A DNA stretch of 64,000 nt from Methanobacteriota archaeon (GCA_043799545.1 JAZDNO010000027.1:1-64000); one strand, 5' to 3'. Positions 46,349 to 57,211 are shown, numbered from the stretch's first letter. Numbers and translations: made by a program. The notes: generated by a model not told the origin, from the sequence alone.

Positions 46349-46360
46349 GAACAATTGTTC
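46349..46360. promoter_or_regulatory. Perfect 12-bp palindrome GAACAATTGTTC in a divergent promoter region (candidate operator)
   Basis: Exact palindrome between the divergent HTH gene and the DrrA-like ABC operon; a tggtgaa direct repeat lies nearby. Confidence 0.5.
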
Positions 46361-46433
46361 TGCCGTCAGCATTCAGTTTGTCCTGCCATGGTTTTACAAG
46401 CCTTCTTATCCACCCTACGCGATTCCCACCGCG

Positions 46434-47396
46434 ATGCCCGCCATCGTCGTCTCCGACCTGAAGAAGCGCTACGGCAAGAGCGTGCTGGCAGTCGACGGCG
46501 TATCGTTCTCCATCGATGAGGGGGAGGTCTTCGGGCTCCTGGGGCCGAACGGCGCCGGCAAGACGACGATTGTCAAGGTGCTCACCACGCTTCTGAGCAT
46601 CACCGAAGGCCGCGTCTCGATACTGGGCCACGAGCGCCCGAAGCGCGACTATGAGATTCGCAACTGCATAGGCTACGTGCCCCAGGACGTCTCTTCGGAT
46701 TCCGCGCTCACTGGCTACGAGAACCTCCTCATCTCCGCGAAGCTCTACGGCAGGTTCGGGGCAAAGGCCAAGGAGGTCTCCGAAGCCGTGCTGAAGCAGC
46801 TTGGCCTCTGGGACGCGAAGGACCGCACAGTCAAGACCTACTCGGGGGGGATGATTCGGAAACTGGAGATAGGCCAGGCCATGGTCCACGACCCGAAGGT
46901 CCTCTTCCTCGACGAGCCCACTATCGGCCTCGACCCCGTCGCGCGGAAGCAGGTCTGGGCGTCGATAAAGGACCTGCGGGAGAAGACTGGCGCGACCATC
47001 ATCGTCACGACGCATTACATGGAGGAGGCGGACCATCTCTGCGACCGCATCGCCATCATGAGCATCGGGAAGATTGCCACCGTCGGAACGCCTGCCGCGC
47101 TGAAGGCGTCCGTCGGGATGGGCGCCATCGTCCTGGAAGTCAAGGGAACGCCCCCGGAAATCCCGGGAGCTAGAATGGAAAACGGCTCAGTCATCATCCC
47201 CGCGGCGGAGCCGTCGAAGGAACTTCCGAAGATGGTCCAGCTGATGACCGCCGCGGGCTGCGAGGTCCTCTCCGCCAAGGCGCGCGAGACCACGCTCGAG
47301 GACGCCTTCGTCAAGTACGCCGGCACGAAGATTGAGGAGATGGACCAGTGGTCCGCTGTGCGCAAGACACGCAGGACGGCGGGGAGGCTGGCATGA
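46434..47396 (+). CDS. DrrA-like multidrug ABC exporter ATP-binding protein; start placed at MPAIVV
   Basis: GPNGAGKTT, YSGGMIRK, LDEPTIGLDP, TTHYMEEAD-LCDRIAI. Confidence 0.92.
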   Translation: MPAIVVSDLKKRYGKSVLAVDGVSFSIDEGEVFGLLGPNGAGKTTIVKVLTTLLSITEGRVSILGHERPKRDYEIRNCIGYVPQDVSSDSALTGYENLLISAKLYGRFGAKAKEVSEAVLKQLGLWDAKDRTVKTYSGGMIRKLEIGQAMVHDPKVLFLDEPTIGLDPVARKQVWASIKDLREKTGATIIVTTHYMEEADHLCDRIAIMSIGKIATVGTPAALKASVGMGAIVLEVKGTPPEIPGARMENGSVIIPAAEPSKELPKMVQLMTAAGCEVLSAKARETTLEDAFVKYAGTKIEEMDQWSAVRKTRRTAGRLA

Positions 47397-48181
47397 TAGA
47401 CATCGTCGCAGAAGTACGGAATATCCTCGTCATCGTTGAGCTCGAGGTCAGGCGGCTCCGCCACGACTACACGGACATAGGCGTGCGCGCCATCCAGCCC
47501 ATCGTCTGGCTCCTCGTGTTCGGCACGGTCTTCAGCAAGAACCGGGTCATAGACACCGGAGACTACACCTACCTGCAGTTCGTCGCCCCGGGCATACTCG
47601 CCCAGGCCGTGCTGTTCGTGGCGATTTTCTTCGGGATAATGCTAGTCTGGGACCGCGACTCGGGGAACCTGGCGAAGCTGCTTGTGGCGCCGGCGTCGCG
47701 CTACTCGCTCGTCCTCGGCAAGTGCTTCTCCGCGAGCGTCAGGGCCATCGCCCAGGCGGTGGTGGTCATCTCGATAATCGCCGTGCTGGGCATCTTCATC
47801 TCCGACATCGCGCTGAAACAGAATCCGCTGTACATCTTTCTGACGATACCGGTCGTCGTGCTGATTGCGGCCGTGGCCGCGAGCATATCGATACTTTTCG
47901 CGACGATTTTCCGCACCCGGGAAAGGGTCATGGGCTTCGGCCAGCTCCTAACGCTGCCGCTCTTCTTCACCAGCAGCGCGCTCTACCCGATAACGATGAT
48001 GCCCTGGTACCTCCAGCTGCTGGCGAAAGTCAATCCCCTCACGTACGGCGTGGACCTCCTCAGGGGGCTGATGGTCACGGGCGACCTGTCAGGGGCGCCG
48101 ATGGACTTAGCGGTGCTGCTGGCGTACTTGCTGGTGCTGTCGGCGGCGTGCGCTGCGCTGTTCAAGAGGATGATGGAGTGA
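47393..48181 (+). CDS. DrrB-like ABC-2 permease
   Basis: QPIVWLLVFG, Y-QF-APGI, DRDSG, PLFF-SSALYP, NPLTYGVD; ATGA overlap. Confidence 0.92.
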   Translation: MIDIVAEVRNILVIVELEVRRLRHDYTDIGVRAIQPIVWLLVFGTVFSKNRVIDTGDYTYLQFVAPGILAQAVLFVAIFFGIMLVWDRDSGNLAKLLVAPASRYSLVLGKCFSASVRAIAQAVVVISIIAVLGIFISDIALKQNPLYIFLTIPVVVLIAAVAASISILFATIFRTRERVMGFGQLLTLPLFFTSSALYPITMMPWYLQLLAKVNPLTYGVDLLRGLMVTGDLSGAPMDLAVLLAYLLVLSAACAALFKRMME

Positions 48182-48233
48182 GGGCAATCCTTTTCTCCTC
48201 GGCGGGGTATTATGGGAGTCGAGGGGTAGAGAT

Positions 48234-48581
48234 ATGAGGTGGAGGGTCTGGAGATCCCTGTTCAGGAGCGAGACCAGTCTCGACGTACCGGGGACGCATT
48301 TAGCTGCGGAGGAAGCTGAGGCTAGGTACGCACGCGAGGAGGCGCGGGAGCACGAAAAAGCTCCGGAGCTGAAAGACGGCGACCTGATGAAGGAGCGCGT
48401 CAAGCGAATACGCGAGTTCCAGAGCGTCGAGAAGATCGAGCCTGGGGAGAAGCGCTACGGCGAAGGGGTGCTCAAATGCCCCCAGTGCGGGACGGCGTAC
48501 GTGTTCGACGCGGACAACAAGTATTGCCAGGCTTGCGCGACGAAGCTGCACGACGGGAAGAGGTTCATAATCTACGAATAA
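48234..48581 (+). CDS. Small hypothetical protein with a C-terminal Zn ribbon
   Basis: CPQCG...YCQAC; charged helical N-terminal half. Confidence 0.65.
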   Translation: MRWRVWRSLFRSETSLDVPGTHLAAEEAEARYAREEAREHEKAPELKDGDLMKERVKRIREFQSVEKIEPGEKRYGEGVLKCPQCGTAYVFDADNKYCQACATKLHDGKRFIIYE

Positions 48582-48584
48582 GCC

Positions 48585-49133
48585 TCACTTCAGCCCAAGC
48601 GCCTCTCCATTCCTCAGGGCCTCGACGACTTCGCGAAGCCGCCTCTCCCTCGTCTCCGGCCTCTTGGCATCGTTGAGCCACGTCAGGTATCGGCGCCGGT
48701 GCGACGGGGGAAGCCTTTCAAATGCCCGGATGACCCCCGCATCCCTGAATGCCCTTTTTGTTTCGGGCGTCATTTCTGCGCTCGGCAACGGCCTGTCAGC
48801 GCCCGCTTTGCCGGGCTTGAACACGGCGAGGCCGTGTTTCGTCATCTTGCCTTCGGCAATCATCTTCCTGGCACGCTCGACGTTCGACGGCGACCAGTTG
48901 GTTGGATTGCTACGGGGCGTGAACTTGCGCAGGAACTTTTCGCCATCGACCCCCTTGATTATTGAATCTATCCAGCCGAAGCAGAGCGCCTCCTCGACCG
49001 CGTCGTCGTACCGGACCTGCGGCTTGCCCGTTCCCACCTTATAGAATATCATCCAGAACCCTTTGCTTTTCGAATGGTTCTTCGATAGCCAGGCGCGGAA
49101 GGCGGCGCGGGTGGGGAAGTGAAGTTCGTCCAT
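48585..49133 (-). CDS. YdeI/OmpD-associated family protein
   Basis: FRAWL..NH, Y-DAVEEALCFGWID, FTPR..W-SN, F--LPPS-RR-YL-W---AKRPETRERR. Confidence 0.9.
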   Translation of the reverse strand: MDELHFPTRAAFRAWLSKNHSKSKGFWMIFYKVGTGKPQVRYDDAVEEALCFGWIDSIIKGVDGEKFLRKFTPRSNPTNWSPSNVERARKMIAEGKMTKHGLAVFKPGKAGADRPLPSAEMTPETKRAFRDAGVIRAFERLPPSHRRRYLTWLNDAKRPETRERRLREVVEALRNGEALGLK

Positions 49134-49136
49134 GAC

Positions 49137-49610
49137 TCACCCATCCATCTTCTTCAGATAGCGCACCATGTTCGGCCTGAATCCTTCCGATTCCCAGAAT
49201 CCCTTGCCAACCGCATTGTTGACGTATGTGTAAACCTCGATGTACTCGACTTCCTTCGCCCTGAACCATTTCAGGAGTTCCGCGTTCAGAAGCCTCCCTA
49301 CTCCGCAACCTCGGTATTTTTCCAACACGAAGCAATCGCATATGAATCCGTACGATTTCCCGCTGACCGATATGTTCGCCTTGCTGAGCCAGCCAGAGAT
49401 ATAGCCGACGACTTTCTCGCCGTCGAGGGCGATGAAGAACCGCGCGTCCCTGCGCTTGATGTTCTTTCTCTCGAACTTCACCAGGTCATTTTTCGTCTTG
49501 GGCGTCACTCTGACGGCCTCGTCGATGGACGCCTCGTACTCCTGGAGGGCGAAGGCTAGGGGCATTATCAAATCGAAGTCGCCGGGAAGGGCGCGCTTAA
49601 TCGTAACCAT
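49137..49610 (-). CDS. GNAT family acetyltransferase
   Basis: FVLEKYRGCGVG, N--G-GFWE--GF. Confidence 0.88.
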   Translation of the reverse strand: MVTIKRALPGDFDLIMPLAFALQEYEASIDEAVRVTPKTKNDLVKFERKNIKRRDARFFIALDGEKVVGYISGWLSKANISVSGKSYGFICDCFVLEKYRGCGVGRLLNAELLKWFRAKEVEYIEVYTYVNNAVGKGFWESEGFRPNMVRYLKKMDG

Positions 49611-49646
49611 GAAGAGCGAAAGGATGCGGTGGTAGATAAAAATCTC

Positions 49647-50324
49647 CTAGCGCAGCTCGACACGGGACAGCGGTTCGAAGACGGGAAATTTCGTATCGCG
49701 CCAGTGTGCAATAACAAGCTCAATGTTTTCCACCGTAATCGTACCGAAGGATCTGTTTCTATGCCCCTCCAGACGTTTTATGAGAGGCTGGACCGCCACC
49801 CCTTCTTTGAACGTGCCTATCGCTATGTGCGGTATGTAATTCGGGTGGTCGGACCATTTGGCTTCAATCCTTGGTATTTCGAGCAACTTCTTGTTTAGTT
49901 CTGCGAATCGTACATCATCATGGACCTCCGCGAAGACCACGGAAGGGAAGACATTCACGCGCTCCAGCTTTACATCGAACACTTTGGAGGTCGATAATTT
50001 CGCCTGGAATTGAGGAATCACGCACTCCAATTCCTCATGGATAATATCTTCGGAAGCGACTTTATTATCCTCCAGAAACCCCCATGCCTTAACGGTGATA
50101 TGAAGGTAATCCGGTGGGAAGGGTACGAAGGCTTCATCGCGGGAGAGGTCTGCCTGTACTTCTGCGATGTCGGATGATATTTCAGATGAATTGACTCGAA
50201 ACAAGAACACCAGGTGTTTTCCCGCCCCTTGCTCCCACCCGCGGAACGGGCGGAACGTCCTGGTGTTGGGCTGCAGGCTGCGCCTGACGCTCCAGAATTC
50301 CTCCAGCTTTTCCTTCACGGACAC
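49647..50324 (-). CDS. 2H phosphoesterase (2'-5' RNA ligase/ThpR-like) with an N-terminal extension
   Basis: Two HxT/A motifs, YLHITV and YIPHIAI, about 85 aa apart; GTG start. Confidence 0.8.
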   Translation of the reverse strand: MSVKEKLEEFWSVRRSLQPNTRTFRPFRGWEQGAGKHLVFLFRVNSSEISSDIAEVQADLSRDEAFVPFPPDYLHITVKAWGFLEDNKVASEDIIHEELECVIPQFQAKLSTSKVFDVKLERVNVFPSVVFAEVHDDVRFAELNKKLLEIPRIEAKWSDHPNYIPHIAIGTFKEGVAVQPLIKRLEGHRNRSFGTITVENIELVIAHWRDTKFPVFEPLSRVELR

Positions 50325-50376
50325 AGCTGACGCTAAATTGTGAAAATATAAAAATGTGCGTTATTCGTGGCTCTTG

Positions 50377-50406
50377 GACGTTCGACGAATTATAGTGCTA
50401 GATATC
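50377..50406 (-). promoter_or_regulatory. 3' arm of the pre-16S processing stem (bulge-helix-bulge)
   Basis: gacgttcgacgaa (50377-50389) and ctagatatc (50398-50406) are exact reverse complements of 51985-51997 and 51967-51975. Confidence 0.85.
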
Positions 50407-50456
50407 CCGCCTGCTTCCTAGAGAGCGCAGGGTGGCTCTCGACTAATTTTTTTCGT

Positions 50457-51924
<1,468 letters not shown>

Positions 51925-51966
51925 TGACCTGCTAGCTTAGCTACGCTTATGGTCGGAATTTAGCGA

Positions 51967-51997
51967 GATATCTAGTCTCACCACTTCGTCGAACGTC
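51967..51997 (-). promoter_or_regulatory. 5' arm of the pre-16S processing stem (bulge-helix-bulge)
   Basis: Pairs with 50377-50406; central helix GGTG/CACT flanked by 3-nt bulges AGA and ATA. Confidence 0.85.
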
Positions 51998-52327
51998 AGG
52001 TTTGAGAGGGCACGGCCTGTTGACACAGGCACGGGTTTCTCAAGCCTCCACCCTTGTCGCACCACTTGGAGCGGGTCGGTCATTGATCGGCATTGCGCCG
52101 TTGCTCGCGACCAGCACCGGATGGGTGCCATAACGCAGGCCCCAGTATCACGATGGGGTATTTATCTGTTTCGTATCGTGGCGGGGCTCTGAATGACGCT
52201 AGCTGCTACGAGACCTTAATGGTATCGCCTCCCGCTCGCTCGATGATTCCCATCCACATTTGGCCACGTTGGAATAGTTTAATATACCGATTACTTCTAC
52301 ACCCAACCCCAAAATAAAGGTGAACGT

Positions 52328-52612
52328 ATGAAGCTACCGCGCCAGGTCAAGGGCTACTGTCCGAAGTGCAAGAAGCACGTCGTCCAGGAAATCGAGAGGG
52401 TCAAGAAGAAGAAGGCGAGCGAGCTCGCTCAGGGGCAGAGGAGATTCCGCCGGGTCACGTCCGGTTATGGAGGTTTCCCGAGGCCGAAGCCAGAAGGCAG
52501 AGAGAAGCCGACGCGAAAGGTCTGGATTCGCTACCGATGCAAGACGTGCAAGAAGGCGACGCAGAGGCCGGGGATACGGGCCAAGAAATTCGAGTTCACT
52601 GGGGGAGAGTAA
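52328..52612 (+). CDS. rpl44e: 50S ribosomal protein L44e
   Basis: YCPKCKKH, GQRRFRR..GYGGFPRP, KPTRK...C--C. Confidence 0.96.
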   Translation: MKLPRQVKGYCPKCKKHVVQEIERVKKKKASELAQGQRRFRRVTSGYGGFPRPKPEGREKPTRKVWIRYRCKTCKKATQRPGIRAKKFEFTGGE

Positions 52613-52614
52613 TT

Positions 52615-52797
52615 ATGTCCGAGCAACCAGCCACAAATAAATTCGCCAAGGTCAAGTGCAAGGATTGCGGCAACGAGCAGATAATATTCTTAAGGGCGTC
52701 CACAGACGTGAACTGCGTCGTCTGCGGCTCCAGCGTCGCCAAGCCGACCGGCGGCAAGGCTGAGCTGAAGGGCGAGGTAGTCGGAGTTGTAAACTGA
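52615..52797 (+). CDS. rps27e: 30S ribosomal protein S27e
   Basis: F-KVKC-DCGNEQ-IF...V-C--CG---A-PTGGKA; start placed at ATG 52615. Confidence 0.95.
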   Translation: MSEQPATNKFAKVKCKDCGNEQIIFLRASTDVNCVVCGSSVAKPTGGKAELKGEVVGVVN

Positions 52798-53582
52798 TGC
52801 CCCGTGGAGCTGAATTCCCTGAAGAGGAAGAGCTAGTCGTCTGCACGATAAAAAGCGTGAAGAACTTCGGCGCGTTCGTCTCGCTCGAGGAGTACCAGGC
52901 GAAGGAAGGATTCATCCACGTCACTGAGATAGCGTCGGGCTGGGTCAAGCGCATGAGCGACTTCGTGCGCGAGGGCCAGCGCGTCGTCTGCAAGGTCCTG
53001 AAGGTTGACCAGGCGAAGGGCCACGTCGACCTCTCGCTGAAGAAGGTCAACGACCACCAGAAGCGCGAGAAGATACAGGTCTGGAAGAACGAGCAGAAGT
53101 CGGAAAAGCTCATGGAATTCGTCGCGCAGCGCCTTGAGACTACTGTAGACAAATGCTACGAAGAGTTCGGCGAAGCTCTCGTCGACAAGTACGGTACAAT
53201 GTACGCGGCTTTCGAAGCCGCCGCTGGTTCTCCGAAGCGCCTGAAGGCTGACGGCTTCGACGGTAAATGGCTCAAGGTTTTCATGACGGTCGCGACCGAG
53301 AACGTCACCCCTTCGACCGTCGAAATCGCCGGGCTTCTGGAAATCAACTGCCCCGTGAGCAACGGCATAATCCACATCCGCGCTGCGCTCAAGGAGGCCG
53401 AGAAGACCGAGGCCGAGAACGTGAAGATTCAGTACATCGGGGCTCCGAAGTACCGCGTCGTCGTGCTGGCCGACGATTACAAAACCGCCGAGGAGGACAT
53501 GAAGCAGGCCTCGGACAGGGCCATAGAGTACATCAGGTCCAAGGGCGGGGATGGCAAGTTCAGCAGAAAGGAGCAGCAATGA
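52797..53582 (+). CDS. eif2a: Translation initiation factor 2 alpha subunit
   Basis: S1 domain FPEEEELVVC..GAFV-L-EY..EGFIH-TE-ASGW, IGAPKYR; conserved operon context. Confidence 0.96.
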   Translation: MPRGAEFPEEEELVVCTIKSVKNFGAFVSLEEYQAKEGFIHVTEIASGWVKRMSDFVREGQRVVCKVLKVDQAKGHVDLSLKKVNDHQKREKIQVWKNEQKSEKLMEFVAQRLETTVDKCYEEFGEALVDKYGTMYAAFEAAAGSPKRLKADGFDGKWLKVFMTVATENVTPSTVEIAGLLEINCPVSNGIIHIRAALKEAEKTEAENVKIQYIGAPKYRVVVLADDYKTAEEDMKQASDRAIEYIRSKGGDGKFSRKEQQ

Positions 53583-53749
53583 GGACCGCGCTTCGCAGGT
53601 GCGGGCCGTGCTGGCTCTACACCCTCAAGGACGATTGCCCCAAGTGCGGCTCGCGCACGGTCATGCCCCTTCCGCCCCGCTATTCGCCGGAGGACAAGTA
53701 CGGAAAATACCGCCGCCAGCTGAAGGCGCTGTCGGAGGCCGGAAAATGA
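53579..53749 (+). CDS. nop10: H/ACA RNP component Nop10
   Basis: C--C--YTLK--CP-CG..PPRYSPEDKYGKYRR. Confidence 0.95.
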   Translation: MRTALRRCGPCWLYTLKDDCPKCGSRTVMPLPPRYSPEDKYGKYRRQLKALSEAGK

Positions 53750-54510
53750 TGGACGAGGTCGTTTTCAAGGAGCTGGCGAAGCCTAAATTGAACCGTCCGA
53801 TAGTCGTCGAGGGGCTCCCAGGCGTCGGAAACGTGGGAAAGCTTGCCGCCGAGCACCTCGTGGACGAGCTGGAGGCTGTGAAGTTCATGGAAATCTATTC
53901 GCGCCACTTCCCGCCGCAGGTCCTCATCAACGACGACGGGATAATCAGGCTCGTCAGGAACGAGCTTTACTACCACAAGGCCAAGGGCAAGGAGCTGGCC
54001 GACGTCATCCTCCTCACCGGGGACTACCAGGGTCTCTCGCCGGATGGCCAGTACGAGCTCTCGTGGCGAGTCCTGGACGTGCTGGACAAGTTCAAGCCCC
54101 GTAGGCTCTACACCCTCGGAGGCTGGGGCATAGGGAAGATGATAGAGGCGCCGCGCGTGCTGGGCGCGGCGACGGACATGAAGCTGGTCACGGATCTCAA
54201 GAAGGTGGGCGTCACATTCTCGAAGGGTGAGCCAGGCGGCGGAATCGTGGGCGCTAGCGGGCTGCTTCTGGGGCTTGGAAAGATACGCGGCTACGACGGG
54301 GCCTGCCTGATGGGCGAGACTTCCGGTTACTTCGTCGACCCCAAGAGCGCCGAGGCGGTGCTGCAGGTGCTGGCGAAGGCGCTGAAGGTCAAGCTGGACT
54401 TCTCCGCGCTGCACGAAAAGGCGCGGCAGATAGACCTCATCACCTCGAAGCTCAAGGATTCTGAGATGCCGCCTGAGCCGAAGAAGGAAAATCTCGACTA
54501 CTTTGCGTAG
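53746..54510 (+). CDS. Proteasome assembly chaperone (PAC2) family protein
   Basis: EGLPGVGNVGKL, FPPQV, GDYQ, TLGG, GGIVGASGLLLG, LMGETSGY--DP; usual position after nop10. Confidence 0.92.
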   Translation: MMDEVVFKELAKPKLNRPIVVEGLPGVGNVGKLAAEHLVDELEAVKFMEIYSRHFPPQVLINDDGIIRLVRNELYYHKAKGKELADVILLTGDYQGLSPDGQYELSWRVLDVLDKFKPRRLYTLGGWGIGKMIEAPRVLGAATDMKLVTDLKKVGVTFSKGEPGGGIVGASGLLLGLGKIRGYDGACLMGETSGYFVDPKSAEAVLQVLAKALKVKLDFSALHEKARQIDLITSKLKDSEMPPEPKKENLDYFA

Positions 54511-54512
54511 TC

Positions 54513-54977
54513 TCAATCTTTATATCGGTCCAGTATTTCCGCTCGCGCCTGGCCGACGTATTCGGCGATTGCAATCCCATGCTCGGCTGCAACGAGCATC
54601 GCGGCGACCTCGATCTCGACGTTCGCCTCCTCCTGCCTGCGGTTTATCATTGCCACGACCTCCCGCCTTCCGAGCTTTGTGGCATCGCCGATCTTTCTCA
54701 CGATGACCGGGAACAGCCCCTCTGGCTGGGAATGGGCCAGGACATTCTTGTCGGGCGCGAAGTTCGCCGGTATGTTGACCGCCGCGGGGTCGAAGGTCGG
54801 TTTCACGTCCGCCCCCCGACGCTCCAGCAGCTTCGCGGCCAGTCCGACCTCGAGCAGCCTCTGCCCCTCCGCGGGCGTGAGCCAGCGCTTCGTCATCGAG
54901 ACGAACATGACGAACTCCTTCTCCGGGACGGATGCGAGCCCCTTCGCCTTGAACACCGCGGCTATGGCGCTCTCCAA
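54513..54977 (-). CDS. DUF2240-like conserved archaeal protein
   Basis: IAAVFK-KG...EFV..S---RWL-P---.RLL..GLL..FD---V-IP-NF-P pattern. Confidence 0.7.
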   Translation of the reverse strand: MESAIAAVFKAKGLASVPEKEFVMFVSMTKRWLTPAEGQRLLEVGLAAKLLERRGADVKPTFDPAAVNIPANFAPDKNVLAHSQPEGLFPVIVRKIGDATKLGRREVVAMINRRQEEANVEIEVAAMLVAAEHGIAIAEYVGQARAEILDRYKD

Positions 54978-54990
54978 ATCGCCCGTCGGC

Positions 54991-55635
54991 TCAGTCCCCC
55001 TCGGACAGAACGCTCCGCAGGTCCAGGATTGCTCCCTTCGCCCCCATGGATTCCAGCGCTGCGACGTCGGCGCTGGTGACTCCGCCTGCGGCGTAAACGT
55101 CGAAGCCCAGGGCGACCGCCGCCATTATAGGCCTCTCATCCAGGGGCGTGCCAGGGCTCCTCCCGAGGTCGGCCACGATGATTTTGGAGAACCCGAGCTC
55201 CTTCAGGTGCTTCAGAAGCTCCTCGGCCGAGGGGGGCTCGCCCTTGCACCAGACCAGCTCGCCACCGTTTAACTCGACCGAAGGCACCACGTCGCCGGAG
55301 ACTTTGAACATGAGCTGAAATGCATCGAGGGTGCGCAAGCTCTTCGTGCCCACCACGACTGCGCTCGCGCCCGTGACGAACGGATGCACGAGGTCACCCG
55401 CGACCTGCGCCCCCGTGTCGAGCCACAGCTCGGCATCGCCCTCTGAAAGCTCCTGGAATAAGGAGAACTGGGGCTCGCGGCCTTCGAGGGCGTCGATGTC
55501 GACGAGGAGTATGCGCTCGAAGCGCTTGCCGAGCTTTTCCACCATCTCAGACGGCCTTCCGGCGTACTCGTACTCGTCGCCCTTGCGGAAGACGGCGCCA
55601 CCGCGCATGACGGAGATCGCCGGTATCTTGTCCAT
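54991..55635 (-). CDS. HisA/HisF-like (beta/alpha)8 barrel protein
   Basis: IPAISV--G-AV, VDID, WLDTG, VVGT, ADL, YAAGGV. Confidence 0.75.
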   Translation of the reverse strand: MDKIPAISVMRGGAVFRKGDEYEYAGRPSEMVEKLGKRFERILLVDIDALEGREPQFSLFQELSEGDAELWLDTGAQVAGDLVHPFVTGASAVVVGTKSLRTLDAFQLMFKVSGDVVPSVELNGGELVWCKGEPPSAEELLKHLKELGFSKIIVADLGRSPGTPLDERPIMAAVALGFDVYAAGGVTSADVAALESMGAKGAILDLRSVLSEGD

Positions 55636-55719
55636 GCGATGTGCATCGGTTCGGAGGTTGATAAAGTGTGCGGTCGGGCGCCCCTTGGCAAATGCATTCG
55701 GAAAGGATGGCTTTTCGGC

Positions 55720-57135
55720 TCAAGCGTCGAAGTACTGGTAGTGCTCCCACGCTGTCACATGGGCGCAGAACTGCCGCCACTCGGTGAGCTTGGCGTCCAG
55801 CAGGTTGTCGGAGAGCTGCCTGCCGAGGCAGGCCTGGACCACGTCGTCCTCCCTGAAAGCCTCGTATGCCTCGCGCAGGTGGGCCGGCATGCGCTTGATG
55901 CCCATCGACTTTCGCTTCGCGTCCGAGAGCTTGTAGATGTTCTCCTTCACCGCCGGGCCCGGGTCGAGCTTCCTCTTGATGCCGTCCAGACCGCACCACA
56001 GCATTATCGCGTGGGCGAGGTACGGGTTGGAGAGCGCGTCCCCGTGCCTGACCTCGATGCGGGTCGTTTTCGGGTCGCCCACGTACGGGATGCGCACCAG
56101 CGCGCTCCTGTTCATCGGAGACCAGGCCGCGAAAATCGGCGCCTCGAACTCTGGAACCAGGCGCTTGTACGAGTTCACGGACGAGTTCGTCACCAGGGCC
56201 ATGCCGCGGGCGTGCTCCAGAATCCCGCCGATGTAGTACAGCGCGGTCTGGCTGAGACCGTTGGGGTCGTCCTCGTCATAAAAGAGCGACGGCCCGCCCT
56301 TCGAGAGGTACTGGTGGACGTGCATGCCGTTTCCAGCGTCGGCGAAGACCGGCTTCGGCATGAAGGTCGGCACGAGCCCGTAGCGCGCTGCCACGTTCCT
56401 CGCGAAATATTTGAAGCGCACCATGGCGTCGCCGGCCAGCTTGGGCGACTTGACGAACCTGAACTCTATCTCGGCCTGCTTGCCGCCCGCCTCGTGGTGG
56501 TGGTAGCGTATGTCGAACCCGATTTTGGCCAGCTCTCCGCACAGCTCGTTCCGGAACTCCTCGGTCGGGTCTGCCGGGGCGGGGAGCAGGTAGCCGCGCT
56601 TCGCCCTGGACAGGTATGCGGACTCGGTCCTCGTCATCAGCGTCTCGGCGCCCGGCCCGAAGTTCACGTCCCTGTGCCAGAACTCGTTGTCCGCGAGCGC
56701 CTCCGCAGGCTCCTCGTAGAGGAAGAACTCGGGCTCGGGGAACATGTTTGCCTCGGAGAATCCCATCTTCCGGGCGCGCTCCATCGCACCCTCGGCGACC
56801 CGGCGCGGGTCCGTATCGAGAGGCTCCCCGTCAGGGCTCTGGAAGAATGCCAGCACGGACGCCTTCTTCTGGATGCCCTCGCCCCACGGCAGCACTACCA
56901 GCGTCGTCGGGTCCGGAATGGAAATCATGTCCGATGCCTTGATGGAGTTGTAACCGCGCACTGACGAACCGTCGAACGATATCCCCTCTTTCCACGCGCG
57001 GCCAGAGAGGTAATCCTCCGCGGGCGACGACATGGCCTTCAGGCGCCCGTCGATGTCTGTGAACTGAATCTGGACCCAGCGAACCCCGTTCTCCCTCAGC
57101 ACCTTGTTTGCTTCGGCCGCGTTCTTGATTTGCAT
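55720..57135 (-). CDS. glnA: Glutamine synthetase type I; start placed at MQIKNA
   Basis: QFTDIDG, FDGSS, PEPEFF, HHEAG..Q-EI, TFMPKP..GNGMH-H, SYKRLVP-FEAP, NRSAL-RIP, RIEVR..NPYL. Confidence 0.95.
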   Translation of the reverse strand: MQIKNAAEANKVLRENGVRWVQIQFTDIDGRLKAMSSPAEDYLSGRAWKEGISFDGSSVRGYNSIKASDMISIPDPTTLVVLPWGEGIQKKASVLAFFQSPDGEPLDTDPRRVAEGAMERARKMGFSEANMFPEPEFFLYEEPAEALADNEFWHRDVNFGPGAETLMTRTESAYLSRAKRGYLLPAPADPTEEFRNELCGELAKIGFDIRYHHHEAGGKQAEIEFRFVKSPKLAGDAMVRFKYFARNVAARYGLVPTFMPKPVFADAGNGMHVHQYLSKGGPSLFYDEDDPNGLSQTALYYIGGILEHARGMALVTNSSVNSYKRLVPEFEAPIFAAWSPMNRSALVRIPYVGDPKTTRIEVRHGDALSNPYLAHAIMLWCGLDGIKRKLDPGPAVKENIYKLSDAKRKSMGIKRMPAHLREAYEAFREDDVVQACLGRQLSDNLLDAKLTEWRQFCAHVTAWEHYQYFDA

Positions 57136-57211
57136 GTGAACCGGGCGTCGAGATGGGTGCTGATATATATATCTTTGCGCCAAAAGGGGTGCTAGCCCGC
57201 TGAATGCGCCC

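Noticed and set aside
51998-52327. Possible separate ncRNA (5S, SRP, RNase P, C/D guide) between the 16S gene and rpl44e
   Set aside because: No diagnostic motifs recognised; the hairpins are adequately explained as rRNA leader and divergent promoters. An Infernal scan would settle it.
57162-57173. Perfect palindrome GATATATATATC upstream of glnA (possible nitrogen operator)
   Set aside because: An AT dinucleotide run at the TATA-box position; no NrpR-type GGAA-N6-TTCC site is seen.
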